DNA of 63,913 nucleotides, filler included, from Basidiobolus ranarum (Eukaryota): NCBI GenBank assembly GCA_040143965.1. It is 3 parts of 3 records of this genome, joined end to end, with 100 filler letters (N's around TTAATTAATTAA, not from the genome) between each part and the next. Parts side by side here need not be neighbours in the genome. Positions count along the whole stretch, not along the records: positions 42,859 to 63,913 come from JASJQH010007089.1; 2 more parts are not named here. One strand, 5' to 3'. Shown piece by piece: positions 50,922 to 62,694 of this stretch (position 1 is its first letter; each line of letters starts with the position of its first letter). The notes under the pieces were generated by a model. It saw only the letters and a program-made list of their open reading frames with translations, ran no database searches and was not told where the DNA came from. The position numbers and the translations under genes were made by a program.

Positions 50922-51431
50922 ATGTACAGAATTTATATGCTTGTTTGGCCGCTGCTAAACGCTCTTTTGGTTATATCACAGGTGCCTGATATGCCACCTT
51001 TGGTTTGTCCATCAGATAGTAAACCCACGGCCAACCTTGGTTGTCAGACTTTAGCTCAGAAATTCCCCAACAGTAACATCAATCAATGCTGTGCTTTCCG
51101 TGAACGCTGTATTAGAACCTGCGACCACAGCAAATTGATGTGTGAATATGAATTTAGTATGTGCATGTTGAGTATTTGTCAATCACTTAGTCTTCAATAT
51201 CCAATCCTTGATCACAAAACCTGTCTTAAGCGATGGTCCGACATCCATAGCGATGGCTACAAGAGCCTCAATCTCACCGATGCTTATGATTTCTCATGTG
51301 AATATATGTTTGAACTAAGGAAAGTAAGCGGATGTTCCAATCCCTATGGCACGCCCAAATCAATTTACTTGGATACTTATAGTGATCCAGAGTTAGATAC
51401 GTTTCAAAGGTTTTGGGACATTCCCCTCTGA
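50922..51431 (+). CDS. Secreted Cys-rich protein, group XII phospholipase A2-like (predicted inactive), copy 2
   Basis: Same length (169 aa), all 12 Cys conserved, about 69% identical to copy 1 by manual count; CCAFRERCIRTC. Confidence 0.75.
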   Translation: MYRIYMLVWPLLNALLVISQVPDMPPLVCPSDSKPTANLGCQTLAQKFPNSNINQCCAFRERCIRTCDHSKLMCEYEFSMCMLSICQSLSLQYPILDHKTCLKRWSDIHSDGYKSLNLTDAYDFSCEYMFELRKVSGCSNPYGTPKSIYLDTYSDPELDTFQRFWDIPL

Positions 51432-51869
51432 ATCCTGATTATTGAGTGTATCCCTCCTTCGCTTGACATTTCAGTAATAAAACAATAGATCTTGTGTTTC
51501 CTGTCATTACATCCTGTGCAATGAGATCAGCTCCGCATTAGATTTATGGTTAACGACAATCGATGAAGAGAGCCACATCTAGGTTCATAGATGTCAAAGA
51601 ATTGCAGTAACTTCAATATATATTAAAGTGAATTTAGATTTGATTAATAAATCCGATTACTGGATCATTGTATTAGTCTTCTTTCAAGACATTAGCAATT
51701 TGGGGAATATTTGGGTGTAATGTGGTGCCAGTTAGTTGTAGAGGTATAGAATTTCTGAAGTAATGAAAGTAAATTTAAGTTTCGTTTGCGTGGACAACCA
51801 CGGTATGTGAGAGGGAAATAGTAGCAAATATACATGACGGAAAAAATTAATGGTCTATAAGGAATTATT

Positions 51870-52391
51870 CTATTGCTCGTCATCACCATTTTCACTTTTG
51901 GAGGTTAAAAGTGGTTGGCTTTTACGTTGTGATATGGTGCTATCAAAAGAGTTCAATTTACATAGTAAACGCTCTACACACTCACGAGTTACTCGGTTTT
52001 CCTCTCTCAATTCAGCCACTTGTTTCGTCAACATTTGATGCTCCAAGTCTTTACGTTCTGATTGGAGTTTAAGAGTTTTCAACATCGCATTTGACATGGA
52101 GAGTACTTCTTCGATCTGATTTAGGGCATTCTTGGCTTTTGTTACATTTTGAGCTTTGATGGGATTAGGCCTTTGCTGTTTTACTACGGGAAAAGTCTCT
52201 GGTTTTGGTTGTGATTGCGACGTAGCCAAGAAACGCAACTGTGGAGGTAGCATATCAGCAGTTAACTGTGTACTGTCAATGGTGCGTGGGACATTAGAAG
52301 TGCTGAGAACACTGGCGTAGCGAACGTGTTTGGAAAATCCAGGGCGGGAGAAGCGACTCAAAGTTTGTTGCGATTTAGAAAGAAGAGACAT
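51870..52391 (-). CDS. Hypothetical protein with mitochondrial-presequence-like N-terminus and C-terminal coiled coil
   Basis: MSLLSKSQQTLSRFSRPGFSKHVRYAS is rich in R/K/S with no acidic residues; heptad-like LNQIEEVL...LEHQMLTKQVAELREEN. Confidence 0.7.
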   Translation of the reverse strand: MSLLSKSQQTLSRFSRPGFSKHVRYASVLSTSNVPRTIDSTQLTADMLPPQLRFLATSQSQPKPETFPVVKQQRPNPIKAQNVTKAKNALNQIEEVLSMSNAMLKTLKLQSERKDLEHQMLTKQVAELREENRVTRECVERLLCKLNSFDSTISQRKSQPLLTSKSENGDDEQ

Positions 52392-53357
52392 GATGAAATG
52401 TGTGTTGTGAAAGTTCAAAGCTCAATATAGTTAGTCTTCGAATACCAAGTATATGTATTAAATAAGAATATCTAATGAACAAGGATAAAGATGAGATAAT
52501 ATTTCAAATAATTCTCAGGTGTTGATAATGACGGTCTCTGTGCAAGTTGTATGTCAACAGATGCACCTTCGGTTTATATAGGTCCTTTTTTTTGTTTGCG
52601 AGAGATTCAATTGATTTCTATTAAAATAACCATAATATATCCAGTCTGAAACATACTCTGCCGTTGAGGGCCCCGATTGGATTTGGAACTATAATGATCC
52701 CAATCCCCCCCCCCAACAAGTGGCAAAACGATAGAAATTCCAAAAGGTGAAATCCTTGGATTTATATTTTTAGATATGGCAATTCTAGTTAGTGCTATTG
52801 AGAAAATCTCACGTTCTCTTTCTGCTATAGGCCAGATTTAGTTTTAGCGGACTTTCAGGTATAGACATTCAAACCAAACCCTACTGTCAACTGATCTGTC
52901 AGTGATTTGTTAATAATATAACTATCAATTTTTGCAATTCCCTGTTCCCTGTCGTGCACGCATTTTAACTATTTGGCTAAAAAGCAAGGCAGAAAATATT
53001 CCTTATTCTACTGCTCATTATGACTCACATTATTCCAAAATGACATTTAATCATTTATTACACACACTTGGGTATTTGTTTGGGATTCGATATGCAACTA
53101 AGTTCCTTGCTTGCACCAATCCTCTTTTTTACCTGTGAATTCACTTACTGAATTACATTGAGCGAGCATATATTATATAGATAGTACATTAACTATGTGC
53201 ATGTAATGTTATGTATTTGTTGATCTGAAATTAAGCTTATAAAGTCCTAACTGCCGCCACAATCATTACTACGTGTTGATTTTCTAGTTTATACAAGAGA
53301 ATATCTGATCACATGATGGCTCTTTCAATTAGACCAAGTTTTGGATATTGGTTTATC

Positions 53358-53893
53358 TGACGTGTTAGTTTGTGCTTTTAACTGTATTTTATACATATAT
53401 TGACGAACCCTAACCCTCATACTCTATAATGGTTGCTTGACTGTTAATCAGTGGAGATTTTCGTGTAACGCATCTTTTCTGAATGAAATACTTGACTACG
53501 TCACCTGCCGATATGCTTCGGCCTTTTGTTTCCTGGGTGGTAAAATACCCTCAGAATTCCGAATATCATTGGCTAAGTTATATCTAAATCGGCCATTTCG
53601 AATAGCCTTCGACGTCATATACTGTCCATCTTCATGACGCATATTAATTCTTCACAAAATGATGGCATCTGGTGTGTATTTTTGGAAAGGCAATATGAGG
53701 CAGAATCTCACTATCAGTCCATCTGCCCTGGCATATTATTTGGGTGATTTGAACACTAGAGTTATGCTGATACTATCTGCAAAGTCTTGCACTAAGTAAC
53801 CGATGACGTGAATATATATTGACGTATTTGTGAGTGCTTCCAAATCTTATTTTTTCTTGAATCTTAACCTATCCTAATCTTCTTTTGACGTCA
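53358..53893. promoter_or_regulatory. Cluster of CRE/ATF (TGACG) sites upstream of TPS1
   Basis: TGACG or CGTCA cores at 53358, 53401, 53497, 53611, 53635, 53804, 53820 and a full TGACGTCA at 53886. Confidence 0.55.
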
Positions 53894-53965
53894 TCTATTA
53901 AAGTTGGATACGATCATTTAATACTCCGCACACAGAATTCATCCTTTACTCACTCTCACACCAAT

Positions 53966-56492
53966 ATGTCTGCTGAACCTACTTCCCCAACTAAAGACAA
54001 CTCTAGTTTACGCTTACTAGTAGTATCCAATCGATTACCTGTCACTATCTCAAAGAACGAAGATGGTTATCAGTTTAAAATGAGTTCCGGTGGCTTGGTT
54101 TCCGCTTTAAGTGGGCTGAAGAAAATGATGACCTTTACTTGGATTGGTTGGCCTGGTATGTTTTGTTGCTTTATAGGCTGCTTTATTTGTAAGGATAAAG
54201 TGATAGAATACTCACATTTATTCATTTACCTTCAAGGTATTGACATTCCTAAGGAAGAGCGCGAAGATGTACGTAAGAAGCTTTTGGAGGAGCATTCATG
54301 CCTCCCCGTCTTCTTGGACGATGAGACAGCTGATAAACATTACAATGGCTTTTCCAATAGGCAAGTATTTAATAGTGAAATACCATGCAACTCTTGGTTT
54401 ACCAGTTTCTAATATATTTATTTTATCTAGTATTCTGTGGCCTCTTTTCCATTATCACCCTGGAGAAATTTCTTTCGATGAAGAGGATTGGGAAGCATAT
54501 CAAACTGCTAACGCTTGTTTCGCTGACGCTATCAACGAAATAGTAGACGATAATGATCTTGTATGGGTGCAAGATTATCATCTTATGCTTTTACCTCAGA
54601 TGCTAAGAGAGAAGATTCAACATAAAAACAATGTTAAAATTGGATGGTTTTTGCATACTCCCTTTCCCAGTAGTGAGATTTACAGGTTAGTGATTTTTTT
54701 ATATTTTAATCCTACTGTAATTTTTTAAACTAACCCTATATTTTATAGAATCCTTCCTGTCCGAAAGGAGATTCTTTTAGGCGTTCTCAGTGCAGATTTG
54801 CTTGGATTTCACACTTATGACTACGCACGTCACTTTCTTTCATCTTGTACACGCATTCTTGGTCTATCCACTGTACCTAATGGAGTTGAATATGAAGGAA
54901 AGCTTGTTCATGTTGGTACATTCCCTATTGGAATTGATCCGGAGAAATTCACCGAAGGCCTTCAAACTCAAAAGATTCAGGACAGAATCTCTTTCTTAAA
55001 GCAGAAGTTCGAAGGAGTTAAAATTCTTGTCGGGGTGGATAGATTGGATTATATCAAGGGTGTTCCTCAAAAGATGCACGCCTTAGAAGTCTTTTTTACT
55101 AAGCATCCTGAATTCATCGGAAAGGTTGTTTTGGTTCAGGTAGCTGTTCCTTCTCGTGGTGATGTCGAAGAATATCAAATGTTACAAAGTACGGTTAATG
55201 AACTTGTCGGTCGAATCAATGGTAAATACGGCACCGTTGAGTATACTCCTATTCATTTCTTACATAAATCCGTTACCTTTGATGAGCTCGTGTCTTTGTA
55301 CTCTATCGCCGATGCTTGTATCATTTCTTCCACTCGTGATGGTATGAACTTGGTATCTTACGAATATATTTCTTGCCAACAAGAGAAGAATGGAGTTCTC
55401 GTACTTAGTGAGTTCGCTGGTGCAGCTCAATCTTTGAATGGTTCTATCATTGTAAATCCTTGGAACACTGAAGAGTTAGCTCAGTCCATGTATGATGCTG
55501 TTACTATGCCAGACACTCTTCGTAAATCCAATCACCAAAAACTCTACCGGTACGTAACTAAATATACCGCGGCTTATTGGGGTCTCAGTTATGTCAATGA
55601 GTTGAGAAGAATTAGTGAGGAGTTTGATCATCATAGATCTCTTCCCAAGCTTGATAGTCAACTTGTCATCAGCGAATATAAGAAATCCCAAAAGAAAAAG
55701 CTCATTCTTTTGGACTACGATGGTACATTAACAGCTACCCATCGACTTCCAGAATTCGCCAAGCCATCTCCCGAGGTTATTAAAGGTCTCAAAGACCTCG
55801 CCGCTAAGCCAGATACATTCGTCTACATTCTTTCAGGTCGCGCTCGTGATCATTTAGATTCTTGGTTCCATGATACTGGTGTCGGTCTTTCCGCCGAACA
55901 TGGATGCTTCTACAAACATCCAGCTAGTCTCAAAGACTTTGATCCCAATCAAACCAGTGAAGTAGAAAAGGGCAGATTTGTCAAACCCGAGACTAATGGG
56001 TGGTTCCGCTTAGTTGAGCAGGTTGATCCTACCTGGCGCGATACTATCCGTCCCCTCTTCCGACATTATACCGAGAGAACTCCAGGGTCATTTATTGAAG
56101 AGAAGGAGATTAATCTTACTTGGCATTATAGAAATGCCGATCCCGAATTTGGAAGCTGGCAAGCAAGTGAACTACAGATAAACCTGGAGAAATTGCTTAG
56201 TCATATGGCGTTGGCAATTGTATTGGGTAACAAAACATTGGAACTTCGACCTTCTTCCGTAGATAAAGCCACTGCGGTGAAAGCCATCATCAGAGACTTG
56301 AACCCCAGTGAGACTGACTTTATCTTCTGCATTGGTGATGGTAAAACGGATGAAGTTGTATTTAATGTATTGAATGAGATGTCACAAGAAGTCATTACCG
56401 CCACAGTTGGAAAGAAACAGACAGATGCCAGTTACTACATTGATGGTGTTCGTGATGTTACAAACTTGCTTAAAAAGTTAGGTAGTTTGTAG
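53966..56492 (+). CDS. TPS1: Trehalose-6-phosphate synthase with fused C-terminal trehalose-phosphatase (HAD) domain (4 exons)
   Basis: VVSNRLP, SSGGLVSAL, WVQDYHLMLLP, FLHTPFPSSEIYR, GVDRLDYIKG, RDGMNLVSYEY, LSEFAGAA, VNPWN; then LLDYDGTL, LSGR, AEHG, WHYR, GDGKTDE. Confidence 0.97.
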
Positions 56493-56908
56493 ACCATTTT
56501 CAAACCTTTTTTTACCTCATTGATCACGTCCCACTTCACCTCAACTCATCTCATCTGTGACATTGTCAATTCAATGGAAAACCTCAGTGCACTTGAGTAA
56601 CTATTTAAATAATATCCGATCACAATGTACAACCCTTCTATCATACATTTAACAAAATCTTTATTCTGATCTTTCTTTACTTTTGTAATAAATTAGTTTG
56701 GTCAGCATGTACCAAATTTCATTTTTCTATAATTAAATCCAAGTTACGCCATTGAAATACGATAATTAAAGAGCGAATGAAAGTAGTTTATTGAGACATA
56801 TCAAGTGTAAGAGATAGTATTGTAATGCAATGCAATGGAACAAAATGAAATCAGCCTAAGTGTAAGTTTTTAAGGTGAGAGGAGGGGATGTCCCAAAAGA
56901 AACTTGAA

Positions 56909-57364
56909 TTAATGTTCACAATGTGCTTTGTAGGCTGCTTCATCCATTAAAGTATCCAATTCCGATAAGTCAGCCAATTTAATCTTGCAAAGCCACCCAT
57001 CTTCTTCAGGAGAAGTGTTAATAAGATTTGGTTCAGTTTCCAAATTACTATTGGAATCCACGATCTCACCAGCAAGGGGAGCAAAGATATCTGATGCTGC
57101 TTTGACTGATTCTACTGCGCCAATTTGGGCCAAGGATTCAACGGTAATACCAACTTCAGGACAGTCAACGAAAACCACATCTCCTAATGCCTTTTGGGCG
57201 TAATCAGTAATGCCAACGGTACCAACACCATCGGTGACAGAGACCCATTCGTGATCTGAGGTGTACTTTTTGATGGTGGAGTAGTAAGCGGCTCTAGAGA
57301 CAGAGACTCTAAGAGAAGGGGTGCAGTTACGAAGAAGAGAAGAGGAGAAGATGCGTAGAGACAT
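56909..57364 (-). CDS. GCV3: Glycine cleavage system H protein, mitochondrial
   Basis: Presequence, then KYTSDHEWV, VGITDYAQKALGDVVFV, lipoyl-lysine motif VESVKAASDI, PEEDGWLCKI. Confidence 0.98.
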   Translation of the reverse strand: MSLRIFSSSLLRNCTPSLRVSVSRAAYYSTIKKYTSDHEWVSVTDGVGTVGITDYAQKALGDVVFVDCPEVGITVESLAQIGAVESVKAASDIFAPLAGEIVDSNSNLETEPNLINTSPEEDGWLCKIKLADLSELDTLMDEAAYKAHCEH

Positions 57365-57913
57365 GGTGAATGATGCTGTGAATTGGCAGTGTGAGGATGA
57401 GTAAGAGTCGCATGGTGGTTTAATACTAACTCAATGAGCCCCAACTAAGCGAATCTCTGTCACACTAGATATTTCACTCGGTCACCATATCCTTTGAGTC
57501 TCGAATATATTGATTAGATGGAAAGCCACTCTTGAAAGTACCCTCACTCAATTTCTAGATACTCCTCTGATTTCCCCCGACATATTCCGTTCTGAGATTC
57601 TACTTACCTTTAAAGCTACCTGGTGACACTTATTTCGATACTAGTAAATGATTGTCTAAACGAGCTGAAAGATTATCTTCACTGGGTGATTATCTTTTAC
57701 CATGGGGTTTTCAATCAATCCATGAAAAGATATTCCCATCAACGAATCTGAATATGAATAGAGACGCTAATTCTAAAAAGTGACTATTGATGTTTATTTT
57801 GGAACTTTTGTATCACCAATCTAAGATAATGGTGATCGCAGGCATGCTGATGATATCTTGAACATGGAAATGGGAATGATTTGGAAAGCAGAGATGTAAT
57901 ATTTCTTCGACAT

Positions 57914-60189
57914 TCAATAATCTAAATGCTTTTTCAGGATGGAATTTACAAGTGCTGGATTGGCCTTTCCTTTAGTTTCCTTCATAATCTGCCCAACAAA
58001 CCAACCGAATACTCGTTTGTTTCCTTGTTTAACTTTTTGAATTTCCTCGGGATTCTTTTGAATTAACTCGGAACAAAGTTTTTCCAACGCATTCTCATCT
58101 TCAATTTGTTGCCAACCTTTAGCTTTAGCAATGTCTAAAGCATTTCGAGAGTCTCCATCCATCATCAAATTTAATATGGATTTCCCAATTTTTCCTGATA
58201 AAAAGGTATATGAATTGATATTAGGAAGCAAACTTCTTCAAAGAATCGGACTTATTTACCTGATATGATGCCCTCTTCAATCCCTCCGATAATGGATCCT
58301 AGTTGCTCTTGGGTAACAGGGTTTTGACTGAAGGAGATTCCTTTGAAAGATAACCGACCAAATAGCTCAGAGGTGACCCTATAGCGTTATGTCAAGTCGA
58401 ATGTCAATATGAATTCTAGAATTGATCAAAATCCAGTCAAATATACCAGCTAAGGGTCTTATGTGGATCATGTTTTTTGGAGATCTATTGAAGAGGCGTA
58501 GTTAGAATCAGGCTGGTATTAAGTCCTACACAGAGTTCATTTACTTGCTCGAAATACTCTGCGATACCCGGTTCAGCCATCAGTGTGTTACAGTTTTCCA
58601 ATGATAAGTTATATGTATCTATCAATCTGCTTCTACGAACATCAGGTAGTTCTGGCATCTGTTGTTTAGCTTGTTCGATGTACTGGTCTGTCACCTGGAG
58701 CACGGGTAAGTCTGGCTCTGGCATGTACCTTGAATATAATTGAAAATGTCAACATACTTAAATAGGTTATATCATTCAACCAATTAGTACCTATAATCTG
58801 GCGCGGTTTCTTTACTTCTTAGTTTGAACGTTTGATTTTGAACAGCATCATATCCTCGAGTTTCCTGATATACTGTACCACCAGATTCTAAAATCTCAAT
58901 CTGACGCTGTACCTCTACATCTATTTGAGGCATAGAACTGTAAGAATAGAGTAATCGGTGGTTCTCTACGATAAACTACTATTACCAATAGCTGACATCA
59001 AGACTTTAACACTTCCAAGGTTCTTTAGTTCGCATCGGGTTCCAAAAGGAGTTCCGGGCTCGTGTATGGAAACATTGACATCACAACGCATTGATCCCTA
59101 CGATATTGTAGTAAATTGACATAGAGTTAATCAATAAAGAAATCTATTGAAAGGCAATACTTATACGGCTTAAATAAACTACCTCTTCCATATTTCCGTC
59201 GGATGATCCGACTGCTCGGAGTAAAGCTTGTAATTTTCGAACCATCAGACCTGCTTCTAAAGAGGTTCTATTTTGACAATATTAGGTAGCAATTCCCGCT
59301 AAATCGTAGCGGAGATCGATTTACAAACCTCATGTCTGGTAATGTGACAATTTCCATAAGGCCAGTACCGGCGCGATTAAGATCTATCAGAGAAGCGCCA
59401 GGTTGTATGTCATGAATACTCTTTCCGGTATCCTTCATAAGATTCAATATGTTGAATACTGGAGTTCAATCAGCCCCCATAAAAATATGTCTACTCACTT
59501 GCTCTAATTGCAATTGTTCAAGTCCAATTTTCAATGGATATGGAAGCCCATCCAACTCTCCTAACTCTATATATCCTCCAAGTCCAATAGGATCTATCGA
59601 CAAAATATCCGTTGTTCGTAAGTACCAAGTATTTTAAAAAATCACTAATGACACATACTTGAATGCTGAGTAATTTGGTATCCAGCTGGAATATCGGGAT
59701 AAAAGTAGTGTTTACGCTCGAATGAAGACTGCTTTTGAACTCGTCCTGAGAGGGCTAATATTGTTTTTACAGCTAGCAAGATACATTCCTCATTAACCCT
59801 CTTTGTATGAAAAACATCGAGTTTAGTTTTAACTATTCACATTATTAAATGACTGAAATATATGTAATACTCACAGGTAAGGTACCGGGAAAGGCTGCAT
59901 CAAAGGCTGAGTATTTGGTATTTACAGGTTCATTGAAAGAAGTGGGTGTAACTGTAATGAAATATAAGAGGTGGAATGTTACAATATGTTGGATATTGGA
60001 TAGTTATACGCGAGCATGTGTACCAGAAAATAGTTTGCTACGTGAATTTATTTGAGCGTGAACCTCAAGCCCCACAATGACCTCCCAAGTGCGAGTTTTC
60101 CCGGCAATAAGTGCAGGTCTTGCTTGAGTTGAAGCCCATCTCTTCAACGGGAAACGTTTGATATTGGATAAACAAGTTGTTCTAAACAT
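57914..60189 (-). CDS. PET112: Mitochondrial glutamyl-tRNA(Gln) amidotransferase subunit B (multi-exon)
   Basis: [92 protein letters not shown]. Confidence 0.97.
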
Positions 60190-60437
60190 ATTCCAATGTA
60201 CAAGAAATGAAATGAGACTACTTAGTTTCGGACTACGTGAATTTTTTCCATTCAAATCTTAATGCAGTTTTTCTAACTTCGGGTTGAACCAAAATTGGAG
60301 ATAATCCAATTTTATTGCATAAATAGGATGGACTTTAACTGAATTTCCAATACATCGTAGTTATATTTAAGTCAACTAAAAATTGCCACTTTTTTTAACG
60401 GTTGAAACGGTTCTTGAACATAGTCTACAAAAAAGGG

Positions 60438-62694
60438 ATGTTTAGACGTGGTTGCCTCAAGCTTCCTCATTTCTCTAATATATCTTTGTTGAATAAAACG
60501 TTCACAAATAGAAGCCAGAATTTATATTTACCGAGACTGTTCAATTTTTCAACCCTATCTAGTGATATGAATATACAACTAACCGAGACAGAAACTAAAC
60601 TGTGCAATTTGCTTAATGAAGTAGCATTGCATCTTCAAAAAACCCGTAAAGACTTATCACCTGTAGAACTTCGAATTACCGGTGGCTGGGTACGAGATAA
60701 GGTAAAAATATTTTTGATTTCTTATCATCATGAGCGACGCATACTACAGATAAACCACAACTTAACCTGACTTTTAGTTATTAGGCTTAGACTGTAATGA
60801 CATTGATGTTTCAGTAGATACCATGACTGGCCACCAGTTTGCCACTCACTTAAATACTTACCTACTTTCAAATGGAGTACCTCAAACACAACTTTCCAAA
60901 ATCGAACTTAACCCAAAGCAATCTCAGCATCTTGAAACTTGTACTACCAAAGTATTCGATACTGAATTAGATTTTGTAAACCTACGAAACGAAATTTATA
61001 ACTCGGATTCTCGGATTCCCGTGGAAATAGTATGTATAAACAATAGTTATTACCATAGTCAAAGTATCCCCGCTTATTAGGTATATTTAGACCTTTGGAA
61101 CTCCCGAACAAGACTCTTATCGACGTGATATTACAATTAATGCTCTTTTCTTCAACATTCATACTCGACAAGTAGAAGACTTTACTCAAATGGTAAATTC
61201 AAGGTTTAATCTAACTGTTTGATAACCCACTGATTCATTTGATTTAGGGATTAAATGACCTTCGTGAAAAATTGATACGTACACCCATTCCCACCTCCAA
61301 ATCGTTTCGTGATGATCCTTTAAGAATTATGCGGTGTATTCGATTTGCAAGTAGATTTCAATTCAAATTGAGCGAGGAAATACAAACAACCATTAACTCT
61401 GAGGAAGTTAAGGTATTAGAAGGGTTTAGATGATTCGAATATATGCGCATATATTTATTCTCTCTTTAATATAAATATAGAGCGATTTTGCTCACAAGGT
61501 CAGCAGAGAGAGATCCGGAATAGAGTTGGAGAAAATGCTTCAAGGCAGGTCAAATACCAATGGATTTACCTCTTATCTGACGTATTAATCCAAGTTCATA
61601 CAGGGCCTTATCCTTTCCAATCTCTTTCGTTGATTCATTCTCTTGGATTATACAACATCATATTCCAGGCGCCACCTACGATCGATGTATCACAAATACC
61701 TCCACCTACTCTAGGCGTTCATCTATCAGAAACCGCAAACTGGTAGATTTGTACATAGTAACTTCAGAGTTACAATTCCCAATGATTTAATGTATTTTCC
61801 AACTGGATATAGGCTTTTGAACCAGAATCTTTTTGAACTACCAAAGATAGATAATGAAGAGCGAAAATGCCTCTTTATAGCCACCGTCTTGGCTCCTTTC
61901 AAGGGACTGACAATCGTGGAGAAGAAAACTCGAATCGTATCGGCAGTACAATGCGTTGTTCGAGACAGCATCAAGGTGATTGATTTAACTTTCAACTCGT
62001 AATATGTTCAAGAACTAAACTCTCTTTGATTTGAAGTGGAACAGTGCCGATACCGATACCATTACAAAACTGGTTAATTCCTCAGATTCTGTGACCAATA
62101 TATTAGAGCCTCCTACATCAACTTGGAGTCGTTCTGCGCTAGGTAAAATCTTATTTCTCAGGAATATTTACACCGTGTCTAATGATAGCAATCATCATTC
62201 ACTTAGGAATGTTGGTAAGATCCTTGGGACAGAAGTGGAGAGTGACATTCTTATTGGCCTTAGCTTGGGAGTTACTGCCTCATTATGAAAGCATTCGATC
62301 CAATACAATTGGTAAATTCAAAAAAGATTGCCCGTTAATTAATGAAGTCTGACACTCTTCTAATCTATAGCTGATGATATCTCCTTGATTATATCAAAGT
62401 ATCAACGCGCTCTTGAACTGATATCTGAATATGAATTGAATGAATGCTATCAATGGAAATACCTAGTCGATGTATGTGTCCGAAAATATAGCTGATCAAT
62501 GATGAAAAACCAATTGTAACAATGTCTATTCCATGATATAGGGAAAGCAAGTAGCCAAAATTCTACAACTCCGACCTGGGCCGCAAGTCAAAGTGCTTTT
62601 GGAGCATGTTATGGTTTGGCAACTTGATAATCCATCAGGAACCAAAGAAGAATGTATCAAGTATGTAACTGAAGAGTTACCAAAGTATGTGTAA
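60438..62694 (+). CDS. CCA1: CCA tRNA nucleotidyltransferase (class II), multi-exon
   Basis: ELRITGGWVRDKLLGLDCNDIDV, SQHLET, DFVNLRNEIYNSDSRIP, RRDITINALFFN, DDPLRIMRCIRFASRF, VSRERSGIELEKML. Confidence 0.96.

Noticed and set aside
53406..53417. Telomere-like AACCCTAACCCT
   Set aside because: Only two units; expected by chance.
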